Origin: Gammaproteobacteria bacterium
GTDB lineage: Bacteria; Pseudomonadota; Gammaproteobacteria; CBDBNL01; G965229495
Reading direction: 5' to 3'
NCBI GenBank assembly: GCA_965229495.1
Contig: OZ245880.1
Coordinates: forward strand, 2,141,012-2,205,011
DNA: 64,000 nt
Shown here: positions 48,754 to 58,782 of the stretch, in pieces
How the letters are laid out: each line of letters opens with the position of its first letter
Position numbering within the stretch: position 1 is the stretch's first letter
Notes under the pieces: model-generated
The model's input: the letters and a program-made list of their open reading frames with translations, nothing else
Told to the model about the DNA's origin: nothing
Database searches by the model: none
Position numbers and translations under genes: made by a program

Positions 48754-49422
48754 TTAAGCCGAGGAAGTTTTAGCCATCAGCGCCTCGTTAGTGGCGAGCA
48801 TCTGCTTGCGCGCCAGCAGCAAATGCCAGTTGCGACCGCCGTGGTAGTGCCAAGCTAAGGCAGCGCGGATGGCAGCGAGCAATAGCGCGCGCGCCGTGCT
48901 CGACACGTTGGGGTTATTGATGTGCTTATTGGCGCCGGATATTTTGATGCGGTTGCGCTGCGGGAGATTGCTCAAGGTGTCGGCGTAAATCGCCGAAATC
49001 TTGAGGATAGTATTGGTCTGCACTCGGGTGCGCGCGTTCAGGCTTTGGTCGAGCTCGAAGATTTTGCCGTGGATCTCCGCTAGTAAATCGCGGTTACGGC
49101 GCAAATAGGCGCTGAGCTTCATAATCTGCGTGACTATGGGGAACAGCGGCTTGACCTGCTCGCTATTGCCGCTCAAGAAGTTATGCGTCTGCTCGAAGGC
49201 CGGCAGCATTTGCTGCAAAGGGTAGGCTTGCTGCATGTCGCCAGAATCGAAGACAAATAGCGATTTGGTGTAGAGCTTGGTGCGCGCCGTGTCCTTGGTG
49301 CCTTCCCACAAGAGCTTGTTGACCAAATTGGCAATGTCGATTACGGCGGCGAAGACGAAGCCGCGCTGCTGCAGCGCGTCGGGCTCGTTGGCTGGCTCTG
49401 GTGCTACGGGATCGGTGCTCAT
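48754..49422 (-). CDS. hflD: High-frequency-lysogenization protein HflD-like
   Basis: 222 aa. C-terminal LLAAIRAALAWHYHGGRNWHLLLARKQM parallels E. coli HflD [28 protein letters not shown]. Confidence 0.65.
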   Translation of the reverse strand: MSTDPVAPEPANEPDALQQRGFVFAAVIDIANLVNKLLWEGTKDTARTKLYTKSLFVFDSGDMQQAYPLQQMLPAFEQTHNFLSGNSEQVKPLFPIVTQIMKLSAYLRRNRDLLAEIHGKIFELDQSLNARTRVQTNTILKISAIYADTLSNLPQRNRIKISGANKHINNPNVSSTARALLLAAIRAALAWHYHGGRNWHLLLARKQMLATNEALMAKTSSA

Positions 49423-50300
49423 AACCAGTGATCAATCAAAAGGGCTAAAAAAATCATAGCTAAGTAGCTTATTGAGAATTTGAACAGCGCGTAGTCGGCG
49501 CCGCGCTGACGGCGCAATAGTTTGTAGGCTAGCCAGAGAAACCAGCCACCAGCCGCCAGCGCGCAACACAAATAAAACCAGTCGCTCAGAGCCACAGCAA
49601 AAGGTAGCAAACTGGCTGGCAGCAAGAGCACGGCGTAACAAAATACTTGCTTGCGCGTGAAGCCGTCGCCGTGGGTGTTGGTGAGCATCGGGATTTGCGC
49701 GTTGGCGTAGTCTTGCTGGCGGTGCAAAGCTAGCGCCCAAAAATGCGGCGGCGTCCAGATAAATATTATCAGCACCAGGATTAAAGGCTCGGCGCCGAGG
49801 CTATTGCTAATCGCCGCCCAACCCAGCGCTGGCGGCATCGCGCCCGAAAGCCCACCGATGACTATATTCTGCGGCGTCGAATGCTTGAGAAAAACCGTGT
49901 AGATCACGGCGTAGCCGAGCACCGAGGCCAGGGTCAGGATGGTTGTGAGCGCGTTGACTTGCGTCCAGAGCAGAGCGCCGCCGCTGGCTATCAAAGCCAG
50001 AGCAAAGATCAGCGCGGTTGTTGGCTTTTGCTTGCCGCTGGCGAGTGGTCTATTGGCGGTGCGGCGCATCTTCTGATCGATCTGCACGTCGAGCAGATGA
50101 TTAATAGCCGCAGCGCCACCAGCGCAGAGGGCGATGCCGAGCATGGCGTTCGCCACCAAGGCGACATCGGGTAATTGCTCTTGCGCCAGTAGCATACCCA
50201 CCAACGCCGTCAGCAGCATCAGCAGAACTACTCGAGGTTTGGTGAGCTCGAGAAAGTCCTTCAGTAGGCTTTGGTAATTGCGGTTGAGAGCAGCTTCCAT
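49419..50300 (-). CDS. cyoE: Protoheme IX farnesyltransferase (heme O synthase)
   Basis: UbiA-family polytopic protein with the two Asp-rich/polar motifs (HLLDVQIDQKMRRTANRPLASG; DYANAQIPML). Confidence 0.85.
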   Translation of the reverse strand: MEAALNRNYQSLLKDFLELTKPRVVLLMLLTALVGMLLAQEQLPDVALVANAMLGIALCAGGAAAINHLLDVQIDQKMRRTANRPLASGKQKPTTALIFALALIASGGALLWTQVNALTTILTLASVLGYAVIYTVFLKHSTPQNIVIGGLSGAMPPALGWAAISNSLGAEPLILVLIIFIWTPPHFWALALHRQQDYANAQIPMLTNTHGDGFTRKQVFCYAVLLLPASLLPFAVALSDWFYLCCALAAGGWFLWLAYKLLRRQRGADYALFKFSISYLAMIFLALLIDHWL

Positions 50301-50319
50301 ACTTCGACCTTGATCGCGC

Positions 50320-51777
50320 TTACTGGTCTAAGCCACCAAAAAGAAAGAACTTCTGCTCCAAGTATTCGTCGATGCCGTATTTCGAACCCTCGCGCCCGAG
50401 CCCCGACTGCTTGACGCCGCCGAAGGAGACAAATTTCGAGCTAAAGGCAGCGTCGTTGGCGCAGACGATGCCAGACTCCAAAGCCTCGCCGACGCGCCAG
50501 ATGCGTGCGTTATCGCGGGTGTAAAAGAAAGCCGCCAAGCCGTACTCAGTGCTATTAGCCATGCTAACCGCCTGCTCTTCGGTAGTGAAGGTAGTTATCG
50601 CCGACACTGGACCGAATATCTCCTCGCTGACGATGCGCGACTCGGGGTTGACTTGGTCTAGCACTGTGGGCTCGTAAAACAACTCGCCGATGTCTGGGCG
50701 CGTCTTGCCACCGGTTACCACGCGCGCGCCGCGCCCAAGCGCGTCTTCGACTAAGCTGCTAACCTTGCTCACAGCAGCGGCGTTGATCATCGGCCCTTGT
50801 TGCACGCCTTCAGCCAAGCCGCTGCCCATGGTTATGGCTTGAGCCTTAGCAGAAAGTATTTGCGCGAATTCATCGGCGACGCTGCTCTCGACTATGAAGC
50901 GATTGGCGCAGACGCAGGTTTGCCCCGAATTGCGGTATTTATTGGCGAGGGCGCCGTCGGCGGCGCTTTCCAAATCAGCGTCGGCGAATACGACAAAGGG
51001 CGCGTTGCCGCCGAGTTCCAGCGAGAGCTTCTTCACCGTCGGACTACATTGCTGCATCAGCAAACGCCCGACCGCCGTTGAGCCGGTAAAAGACAACTTA
51101 CGCACAGTCGGCGACGAGCAGAATAAATCACCGACAGTTTTAGCGTCCCCAGGCAACACGTTGAACACGCCGTCGGGCAACCCAGCCTCCTGCGCCAGAT
51201 AAGCCAAGGCTAAAGCACTCAGAGGCGTATCCGGAGCTGGTTTGACCAAGCTGCTGCAGCCCGCCGCTATCGCCGGCGCGCATTTGCGCGTGATCATGCC
51301 GATGGGGAAATTCCAAGGCGTGATGGCAGCGCTGACGCCTATGGGCTGTTTCAGTATTAGCGCACGAGCGTCGGATTTATAAGGCGTAACCACGTCGCCA
51401 TAAGTACGCTCGGCCTCGCCAGCGAACCAATCGATGAAGCTGGCGCCGTAAACCACCTCGCCTCGGGCTTCGGCCAGCGGCTTACCTTGCTCGGTGGTCA
51501 TCAGCACCGCTAGATCATCGGCGTTGGCGATTATGAGGTCGTACCACTTGCGCATGATTTGCGCGCGTTGCTCACAGCCGACCTTCTTCCAACTGGCAAA
51601 AGCCTTATCGGCGTCGGCTATGGCTTGCTCGGTTTGCGCGGCCGACACCATCGCCACCGCCGCGACCTCGCTGCCGTCGAAGGGGTTATAAACGGAAAAG
51701 GTGCCGTCGGCACCATCTACCCACTGGCCATTGATAAAGGCTTGACTGCGAACTAAATCGGGATTTTTGAGTTGCAT
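50320..51777 (-). CDS. gabD: NAD(P)-dependent succinate-semialdehyde dehydrogenase-like aldehyde dehydrogenase
   Basis: ATG at 51777 chosen. Colinear with E. coli GabD: ITPWNFP, catalytic Glu in LELGGNAPF and catalytic Cys in GQTCVCANR. About 60% identical by eye. Confidence 0.85.
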   Translation of the reverse strand: MQLKNPDLVRSQAFINGQWVDGADGTFSVYNPFDGSEVAAVAMVSAAQTEQAIADADKAFASWKKVGCEQRAQIMRKWYDLIIANADDLAVLMTTEQGKPLAEARGEVVYGASFIDWFAGEAERTYGDVVTPYKSDARALILKQPIGVSAAITPWNFPIGMITRKCAPAIAAGCSSLVKPAPDTPLSALALAYLAQEAGLPDGVFNVLPGDAKTVGDLFCSSPTVRKLSFTGSTAVGRLLMQQCSPTVKKLSLELGGNAPFVVFADADLESAADGALANKYRNSGQTCVCANRFIVESSVADEFAQILSAKAQAITMGSGLAEGVQQGPMINAAAVSKVSSLVEDALGRGARVVTGGKTRPDIGELFYEPTVLDQVNPESRIVSEEIFGPVSAITTFTTEEQAVSMANSTEYGLAAFFYTRDNARIWRVGEALESGIVCANDAAFSSKFVSFGGVKQSGLGREGSKYGIDEYLEQKFFLFGGLDQ

Positions 51778-51785
51778 AGCTAGAT

Positions 51786-51929
51786 TGAGAGTTTTGCATA
51801 ACTTGAGACCGCTTGCAAAAAACGGTAATTTTTGTTCCCAGCTAGGCAGCAAAGCGCAGTTTATTCAATAGTAAATGAGCATTTGCGAACAACGCTGGGG
51901 GCAAAAAGAAGCCTTTTTGCAAAGGTCTC
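51786..51929 (-). promoter_or_regulatory. Conserved ~145-bp regulatory module, copy B (upstream of gabD)
   Basis: Reverse complement matches 24848-24995 with only about 7 substitutions. Same orientation and similar distance relative to the downstream start codon. Confidence 0.7.
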
Positions 51930-52032
51930 GGATTAGTTTGTTCTGAAAAGGGAGGCTAGGCGAGCTCGGCGATTATAACGCCTGCGTTGGTTATAGTAAT
52001 CGCATTCAGACCAAAACCGCCGAGACCGATGC

Positions 52033-52257
52033 ATGGACTCCTATTTTGAAGTCAGCTTGCGCTGCCCCAACTGCCAAGCCAAGCTCAAGCGCGAGCAGAT
52101 ACAGCGCCAGCCCGTGCACAGCTGCGCCTACTGCAAACTCCACTTCCCCATGCACGAGCACCAACCCTGCCTCCTCAACGAATCCGCCCGCCCCTGGCCA
52201 TCCGAACCAGAGACCAAAAGCAAACAGCCGTCGAAAGACACAGCAGACAACGGGTAA
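52033..52257 (+). CDS. Hypothetical small zinc-ribbon protein
   Basis: 74 aa with CPNC...CAYC spacing. Divergent from gabD. Could be spurious. Confidence 0.3.
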   Translation: MDSYFEVSLRCPNCQAKLKREQIQRQPVHSCAYCKLHFPMHEHQPCLLNESARPWPSEPETKSKQPSKDTADNG

Positions 52258-52378
52258 CTTGCCAAAACCACCAGCTTGAAAAATAAGGCGCTAACCCCAT
52301 GGAGCGGAAACAACTTTGCGGCAAGCTACAACCAAGCCGCAAAAGCTCACTTTCGTTTGCATCCCAAGCACACCCATC

Positions 52379-53302
52379 ATGATCAACGTAAATAACATAA
52401 GCAAGAGCTTTGGCTTGAAGAAGGTACTCAGCGACCTTTCTTTCACGGTGGCCCCGGGCGAGGTTTTGGGCTTTCTCGGCCCCAACGGCGCTGGCAAGTC
52501 CACGACTATGAAAATCATCACTGGCTTCATCGAGGCTGATTCGGGCTCGGTAGATATATTCGGCCACGACATCAAGCGCGACGCCCTGGCCGCGAAGACC
52601 CAAATCGGTTATCTGCCCGAAGGCGCGCCCGCCTACGACGATATGACCTGCTACGAATATTTGCGCTTCATCGCCGCTATCCGCAATATCACCCGCGCCG
52701 AGCGCAACGCCGCCATCGATGTGGTCGTGGCGCAATTGCAGCTCGAAGAGGTTTTGCACCAGCGCATCGAGACGCTGTCCAAAGGTTTCAAACGCCGCGT
52801 TGGCCTGGCGCAAGCGCTCATCCACCAGCCACGGGTGCTAATACTCGACGAACCCACCGACGGCCTCGACCCCAATCAAAAGCACCAGGTACGCGAGCTC
52901 ATAACCAACCTCAGCCGCGACAAGATCATCATCATCTCGACGCACATCCTCGAGGAAGTCAGCGCTCTTTGCACCCGCGCGCTGATCATCACGCGCGGCG
53001 CCATCCTCAAGAACGCCACGCCCTCGGACTTGCTCGCCGAATCGCGCTATCACGGCGCCGTGGTCTTAGTATTGCCCGAGGCCCAAGATATCCGCGCGCA
53101 GCTTGAAGCTCTACCCGAAGTCTCAGCAGTCGAAGCCGACGCCGACGGCAAGCGCTTCATCGCCATCGCCAAGCCTGGGCAAGACGCGCTCGGCGCCGTC
53201 CGCGCTCTGTGCGATAAAGGCAAAGTACCGTTGCGCTCCTTGTTCACCGAGCCTGGGCGCCTCGACGAAGTATTCCGCACCATCACCCAATCCGCAGCTT
53301 AA
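52379..53302 (+). CDS. ABC transporter ATP-binding protein (ABC-2/GldA-like)
   Basis: Walker A GPNGAGKST, signature LSKGFKRRV, Walker B LILDEPTDGLD. ATG at 52379. Confidence 0.85.
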   Translation: MINVNNISKSFGLKKVLSDLSFTVAPGEVLGFLGPNGAGKSTTMKIITGFIEADSGSVDIFGHDIKRDALAAKTQIGYLPEGAPAYDDMTCYEYLRFIAAIRNITRAERNAAIDVVVAQLQLEEVLHQRIETLSKGFKRRVGLAQALIHQPRVLILDEPTDGLDPNQKHQVRELITNLSRDKIIIISTHILEEVSALCTRALIITRGAILKNATPSDLLAESRYHGAVVLVLPEAQDIRAQLEALPEVSAVEADADGKRFIAIAKPGQDALGAVRALCDKGKVPLRSLFTEPGRLDEVFRTITQSAA

Positions 53303-53305
53303 AAC

Positions 53306-54037
53306 ATGAACGCGATACTAACCATTGCTGGCCGCGAACTGCGCCAGTACTTCGCCACCCCGATGGCGTATATCTTCTTGATCATCTTTTTGATGATGAG
53401 CGGCTTGACCACCTTCGGCCTCGGCGCGCTTTACGAGCGCTCGGTCGCGGACCTGGCGCCGTTTTTCCGCTTCCACCCCTGGTTGTATTTATTCTTAATA
53501 CCAGCCGTTACCATGCGCCTCTGGGCTGAAGAACGCAAAAGCGGTAGCATCGAACTGCTGCTGACCTTGCCGATTCGGCTCATCGACGCCACTTTGGGCA
53601 AATTCCTCGCCGCCTGGCTGTTCATAGCCTTAGCGCTGCTGCTCACGCTGCCGACCTGGCTCACGGTCAACTATTTGGGCAACCCCGACAACGGCATCAT
53701 CATCGCCGCCTATCTCGGCAGTTGGCTGATGGCTGGCGCCTTCCTCGCGGTCGGTATTTGCATCTCTGCCAGCTCCAGCAACCAAGTGATAGCCTTTATA
53801 GTAACCGCAGTGGTCTGCTTCCTGTTCTTGATGTCGGGCTTTCCGCTGGTGCTCGATTTCTTCTCGGGCTGGGCGCCGCAAGCGGTGCTCGACGCCCTGG
53901 CGGCGCTGAGCTTCTTAACGCATTTTGACAGCATCGCTCGCGGCGTTTTATCGCTGCGCGACCTGCTGTATTTTGTCATCATCATCGTAGTTTGGCTGAG
54001 CGCCACTGCTGTCGTTGTCAATATGAAAAAAGCCTAA
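53306..54037 (+). CDS. ABC-2 family transporter permease (GldF-like)
   Basis: 243 aa, six hydrophobic helices, immediately after the ATPase. Confidence 0.75.
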   Translation: MNAILTIAGRELRQYFATPMAYIFLIIFLMMSGLTTFGLGALYERSVADLAPFFRFHPWLYLFLIPAVTMRLWAEERKSGSIELLLTLPIRLIDATLGKFLAAWLFIALALLLTLPTWLTVNYLGNPDNGIIIAAYLGSWLMAGAFLAVGICISASSSNQVIAFIVTAVVCFLFLMSGFPLVLDFFSGWAPQAVLDALAALSFLTHFDSIARGVLSLRDLLYFVIIIVVWLSATAVVVNMKKA

Positions 54038-54039
54038 CC

Positions 54040-55932
54040 ATGAACATCTTGAAATCGCACAAACTCGCCCTACTGGCGCTGGCGCTAGTAGCAATAGTCG
54101 CCATCACTATCGTCAATAGCAGCCTCTCGCGGGCTAGGGTTGATTTAACCGCCGATAAGGTTTTCACCGTCTCCGAGGGCGCGCGCAACTTCTTAGGCGC
54201 GCTCGAGCAAGAGGTCAACCTAACGCTGTATTTCTCGGCCGAGAACACCCGCGACATCGTGCCGCTGCGCACCTACCGCCAGCGCGTGGTCGAGCTCATA
54301 GAGGAATACGTGTTGCTGGCGGGCGGCAAGCTCAACTTCGAGGAGATCGACCCGCAGCCGTTCTCGGTGCAAGAAGACGCCGCTAACGCCGCTGGCATCA
54401 ACGCTGTAGCCATTAACGAAGGCAAGCCCGATATATTCTTCGGCCTCAATAGCACTTCCGCCACCGGGCAGCAATCGATCGGCTTCTTGCACCCGCAGCG
54501 CGAGCAATTGCTGGAGTACGACATCAACGATCTCATCTACCAATCCTTGAGCCCCGACAAGCCCAAGATCGGTCTTATAACCGCGCTGGGTGTTGACGGT
54601 GGTTACGGCCAAGGCGGCCCCATCGACCCTTGGACTGTGCACGATCAACTCGCTTTGAGCTTTACAGTGGAGAAATTAGTCGGCGACCTGGAGGCCATAC
54701 CCGAAGACCTGGACGCGCTAGTGCTGATTCACCCCAGCGATATGGGCGCGCAAAACCTGTATCTCATCGATCAATACGTGCTCGGCGGCGGCAAGCTCGT
54801 GGCTTTCTTAGACCCTTACGCCGAGCAAGCCAACCCCATGATCTCGGGCAGCTTCCCGGTAACGCAAGAATCGGTTAGCCCGTTGCAAGAATTGCTCGCC
54901 ACTTGGGGCGTGAGCATCGCCACTGACGAGATAGTGGTCGATGGCCAGCACGCGATGGCGGTCAACTTCAACGGCCGAGCGCAGCGCCACCCAGTGCTAC
55001 TGAACTACGAGCGCGCCAGCCTCGATAGAGAAGACCCGATCAGCGCTAACCTCAACCGCCTGCTGCTATCGTCTTCGGGTTACATCCAAGCGCAAGCCGA
55101 CACCAGCCTCAACGTTACACCATTGCTCAGCACCAGCGCCGACACTGGGGTGATCAAAGCTGCCGACTACTCGATATCGGATTTGGAAGCCAACTTCCGG
55201 AATATAGAGCTGCGCGGCGAGCCCTACATCTTGGCGGCGCGCATCAGCGGCCAAGCCGAGAGCGCCTATCCCGATGGTGTAGAGATCGAAGTCGAAGTCG
55301 CGCAGGACGCCAACGCTAGCGACGACAGTAACGCCAGCGCCGAGCCCGTGGTTGAAACCGAGATCTTCCAGCATGAAAATGCTCTGACCAACGGCGCCAT
55401 CAACGTCTTCCTGGTCGCCGATACTGATCTGCTCAGCGATAGGCTCTGGGTCAACAAGCAGAATTTCTTCGGCCAAGTGCTCACCAGCCAGTTCACCGAT
55501 AACAACGACCTGCTGCAAAACATCGTCGCCTCGTACACTGGCAGCGACGATCTGATAGGCATCCGCGGCCGCCAGCCCTACGCGCGCTATTTCGATAGGG
55601 TTGAGGACTTACGCAAAGACGCCGAGCAGCGCTTGCGGCAAAAGCAGGAGGAATTGCAGCTGCGCTTGCAAGCCACCGAGGACAAGATCAACGAGCTGCA
55701 AAGCCAGCGCGACGCCAACGAGACCGTAGCCCTAACCCCCGAGCAGCAAGCCGCCATAGCTCAATTCAGCAAAGAGCGCTTGGAGATTCGCAAGCAGCTA
55801 CGCGAAGTGCGCTATCAGCTCGACCGCGACATCGAGAGCCTGGGGATGCAAGTGAAGCTGGTGAATATCGCCTTAGTGCCGCTGCTAATAGTGCTCTTCG
55901 CGCTCTTCCGCCACTGGCTGCGGAGGCGGTAG
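54040..55932 (+). CDS. ABC transporter auxiliary component (GldG-like, N- and C-terminal TM anchors)
   Basis: N-terminal TM (LALLALALVAIVAITIV), large extracytoplasmic domain, a coiled-coil and a C-terminal TM (LVPLLIVLFALF). Confidence 0.7.
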   Translation: MNILKSHKLALLALALVAIVAITIVNSSLSRARVDLTADKVFTVSEGARNFLGALEQEVNLTLYFSAENTRDIVPLRTYRQRVVELIEEYVLLAGGKLNFEEIDPQPFSVQEDAANAAGINAVAINEGKPDIFFGLNSTSATGQQSIGFLHPQREQLLEYDINDLIYQSLSPDKPKIGLITALGVDGGYGQGGPIDPWTVHDQLALSFTVEKLVGDLEAIPEDLDALVLIHPSDMGAQNLYLIDQYVLGGGKLVAFLDPYAEQANPMISGSFPVTQESVSPLQELLATWGVSIATDEIVVDGQHAMAVNFNGRAQRHPVLLNYERASLDREDPISANLNRLLLSSSGYIQAQADTSLNVTPLLSTSADTGVIKAADYSISDLEANFRNIELRGEPYILAARISGQAESAYPDGVEIEVEVAQDANASDDSNASAEPVVETEIFQHENALTNGAINVFLVADTDLLSDRLWVNKQNFFGQVLTSQFTDNNDLLQNIVASYTGSDDLIGIRGRQPYARYFDRVEDLRKDAEQRLRQKQEELQLRLQATEDKINELQSQRDANETVALTPEQQAAIAQFSKERLEIRKQLREVRYQLDRDIESLGMQVKLVNIALVPLLIVLFALFRHWLRRR

Positions 55933-55974
55933 GTTCAGGGATTTACGCGCGATACTAGCGTCTGAGTGTGCGTT

Positions 55975-56004
55975 CGTCTGTGGTTATACTATTAACCACA
56001 GACG
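55975..56004 (+). terminator. Perfect 12-bp stem hairpin after the gldG-like gene
   Basis: CGTCTGTGGTTA-TACTAT-TAACCACAGACG. No clear U-tract, so it may be a terminator or an operator. Confidence 0.35.
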
Positions 56005-56237
56005 GATGTAATTGGGTGGGTTAGGTAGAGGGGGCAGAATAAACTCGAATACGCTGTCGGAAAATTAATATTTGCCAAGAGCATATATTTAGCTTAATAG
56101 CAAGTTAATTCAGTGATATAACAGTTTAACGCAGAGCTGCCGAGCGCTATTTTTTATACACTCGGGCAATTTTGTTATTATTCCTGACCGAGCTTTGTGT
56201 TATTATCTTTGCAATTTCAAAATTGATGGTTGACACC

Positions 56238-56666
56238 ATGGCAGCAAGAAAAAAGATCGATTTAACCGAACTAAGCGTAGATGAATTGCAGAGCTTGCAG
56301 GAAAAGCTCAACAGTCATCTTGAAAACCTCAAGCAGATAATGCGCGTGCGCGAGGAAGTTATCAAAAAAGTCCTCAAGAATTCCGACGTTAAAGCTATTT
56401 GCAAGCACTACAACTTCGACATCAATTATTTATTCAATCCCCCTAGCGACCAGGACGTCGCCGCCAGCGGCGGCAAAGTCAAAAAGCGCGCCAGCTCCAG
56501 GCGCATGGCTTCGGTCGAAGTGCTGAAACCCAAGAAGAAGCGGGTAGTATTGCCCAAATACCGCCTACCCACCGGCGAGACTTGGTCGGGCCGCGGCTTG
56601 ATGCCAAAAATATTCACGCGCTACATGGAGCGCGGCGGCAAATTGGAGGATGTCGCGATTAGGTGA
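56238..56666 (+). CDS. H-NS-family nucleoid-associated DNA-binding protein
   Basis: N-terminal coiled-coil (LQSLQEKLNSHLENLKQIMRVREE) and C-terminal DNA-binding motif TWSGRGLMPK (compare H-NS TWTGQGRTP). AT-rich upstream region. Confidence 0.75.
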   Translation: MAARKKIDLTELSVDELQSLQEKLNSHLENLKQIMRVREEVIKKVLKNSDVKAICKHYNFDINYLFNPPSDQDVAASGGKVKKRASSRRMASVEVLKPKKKRVVLPKYRLPTGETWSGRGLMPKIFTRYMERGGKLEDVAIR

Positions 56667-56669
56667 GCT

Positions 56670-57101
56670 TTGGCTCGGAAAGCCATACGCCGAATTAACC
56701 AGAGGTTTAACAGCGAGCAAGTTGTGACCCCTAGCAAGATCAGCCTAGCGTCCGATAAAAGCCAGCTAGTAGTGCACTACGCCGACAGCAGCTACTCATT
56801 GAGCGCGGAATATTTGCGCGTGCACTCGCCTTCGGCGGAGGTGCAAGGTCACGGCAACAACCCAGTGCTGCAACACGGCAAGAGCCAAGTATTGATCGAT
56901 AACTTAGAGGCTGTCGGCAATTACGCCGTGCGCATCCTCTTCAGCGACGGCCACAACACTGGCCTCTACCCTTGGGATTACTTATTTGAATTAGCCGAGC
57001 AGCACGACGCCAAGTGGGACGACTACCTGCAGCGCCTGCGCGCGGCCGGCAAAAGCCGCGACCCGAACACTCAAACGCTGAACATTATCGATGCTTCTTG
57101 A
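56670..57101 (+). CDS. DUF971 (gamma-butyrobetaine hydroxylase-like N-terminal domain) protein
   Basis: 143 aa with YLRVHSPSAEVQGHG ... VRILFSDGHNTGLYPWDYL conserved pattern. Confidence 0.7.
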   Translation: MARKAIRRINQRFNSEQVVTPSKISLASDKSQLVVHYADSSYSLSAEYLRVHSPSAEVQGHGNNPVLQHGKSQVLIDNLEAVGNYAVRILFSDGHNTGLYPWDYLFELAEQHDAKWDDYLQRLRAAGKSRDPNTQTLNIIDAS

Positions 57102-57573
57102 TCAATGCTTTCGCGCTGATTTCAGCTCAGCGGCCTTGCCACCAGCGCGCGAGACCGCCTTTGCCGAGCTCGGCTCTAGCATAGCTGCTGGCGCCACGGT
57201 GAGCTTTTGCGGGCGCGTGCGCGCCGAGCAGGACGGCGCGACGATCTCAGCCCTGGACCTCGAGTGCTATCCCGAAATGCTACAAGCGCAGCTCGACAAG
57301 CTCTTAGGCGAGGTGCGCGCGCGCTTTCCCGATTTACAAGCCGCTTGGCTCTGGCATCGGATTGGCAGCGCTGAGGTTGGCGAGGCATTAGTTTTAGTGC
57401 AAACCGCCGCGCCACGGCGCAAGCTCTGCTTTGACGCCGCGCAATTCCTCATGGATTATCTCAAGACCAGCGCGCCGATCTGGAAGAGCTATCGTCAGCA
57501 AGACGACGTGCGCTGGATAGCCGCCAAGACCAGCGACAAGACTGCTTGGGGCGCTTGGCAGCATCAAACATAA
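57091..57573 (+). CDS. moaE: Molybdopterin synthase catalytic subunit
   Basis: GATVSFCGRVR ... HRIGSAEVGEALVLVQTAAPRR ... FLMDYLKTSAPIWKS matches the MoaE pattern. Confidence 0.8.
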   Translation: MLLDQCFRADFSSAALPPARETAFAELGSSIAAGATVSFCGRVRAEQDGATISALDLECYPEMLQAQLDKLLGEVRARFPDLQAAWLWHRIGSAEVGEALVLVQTAAPRRKLCFDAAQFLMDYLKTSAPIWKSYRQQDDVRWIAAKTSDKTAWGAWQHQT

Positions 57574-57642
57574 ATTTGTACATTTAATACCGCCCACCAC
57601 CTAAAATAGCAGTAGCTTTCCATAATCAAGAGGCAGACAACA

Positions 57643-58677
57643 TTGAACGAGCAACGACAGGCAGCGCTCCAAGCAGCATTGGAGCAGATCGAAAAACAAT
57701 TCGGCAAAGGCGCAGCCATGCGCTTGGGCGACGCCCAAAAAGAGAACATCGAAGCCGTGTCCACGGGCTCCTTGAGCTTGGACATAGCCCTTGGCATCGG
57801 CGGCTTTCCGCGCGGGCGCATAGTCGAAATCTATGGTCCTGAATCCTCCGGTAAAACCACCCTGGCGCTGCACGCCATAGCCGAGGTGCAAAAGTCGGGA
57901 GGCGTCGCCGCCTTTGTCGACGCCGAACACGCGCTCGACCCAACCTACGCCGCGCGCTTGGGCGTGCAACGTAACGACCTCATCGTGTCGCAGCCGGATA
58001 CGGGCGAGCAGGCTTTAGAGATAGTCGATACGCTGGTGCGCTCCAGCAGCGTCGACATCGTCGTGGTCGACTCGGTGGCGGCGCTCACGCCCAAAGCTGA
58101 GATCGAAGGTTTGATGGGCGACACTCATGTTGGCCTGCAAGCGCGCCTGATGAGCCAAGCCCTGCGTAAGATCACCGGCAACATCAAGCGCTCGAACACG
58201 CTGGTCATCTTTATCAACCAGATTCGGATGAAGATCGGCGTCAGCTACGGTAGCCCCGAAACCACCACTGGCGGCAACGCGCTCAAGTTTTATTCTTCGG
58301 TGCGCTTGGACATTCGCCGCATCGGCGCCATCCGCCAGGGCGACGAAATCCTCGGCAACGAAACTCGGGTCAAGGTAGTAAAAAACAAAGTAGCCCCGCC
58401 CTTCCGCCAAGCGGTATTTGAAATCCTGTACAACCAGGGCATCAATCGCATGGGCGAGATTATCGACCTTGGCGTCGGTGCCAAACTCATCAAAAAAGCT
58501 GGCGCCTGGTATAGCTACGGCGACACCCGCATTGGTCAAGGCAAGCTCAACTCCTGCCGCTATCTCCAAGAGCACCCGGAGATCGCCGAAGAAGTCGAGA
58601 GCATCCTCACCAAAGCCCTGCGCGAAGACCCCGAAATAGTCTCTACCACCGCCGAGCAAATGGGCTCGGAGTCTTAG
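57643..58677 (+). CDS. recA: Recombinase RecA
   Basis: Walker [11 protein letters not shown]1/L2 loops, near-colinear with E. coli RecA. TTG start with AAGAGG RBS. Confidence 0.95.
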   Translation: MNEQRQAALQAALEQIEKQFGKGAAMRLGDAQKENIEAVSTGSLSLDIALGIGGFPRGRIVEIYGPESSGKTTLALHAIAEVQKSGGVAAFVDAEHALDPTYAARLGVQRNDLIVSQPDTGEQALEIVDTLVRSSSVDIVVVDSVAALTPKAEIEGLMGDTHVGLQARLMSQALRKITGNIKRSNTLVIFINQIRMKIGVSYGSPETTTGGNALKFYSSVRLDIRRIGAIRQGDEILGNETRVKVVKNKVAPPFRQAVFEILYNQGINRMGEIIDLGVGAKLIKKAGAWYSYGDTRIGQGKLNSCRYLQEHPEIAEEVESILTKALREDPEIVSTTAEQMGSES

Positions 58678-58782
58678 GGGAGCGTCGTGTCGAGTAAGTT
58701 TTTTTCTGCCCGCATAGTTGTCAGCGGCGCTGCAAGTGGCGTAAAATCTCCCGCATTGCGCTAGCCATGCGAGGAAAAAGCG

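Noticed and set aside
57574-57642. LexA/SOS box upstream of recA
   Set aside because: No CTGT-N8-ACAG or other convincing dyad found by eye. Reported as absence rather than as a feature.
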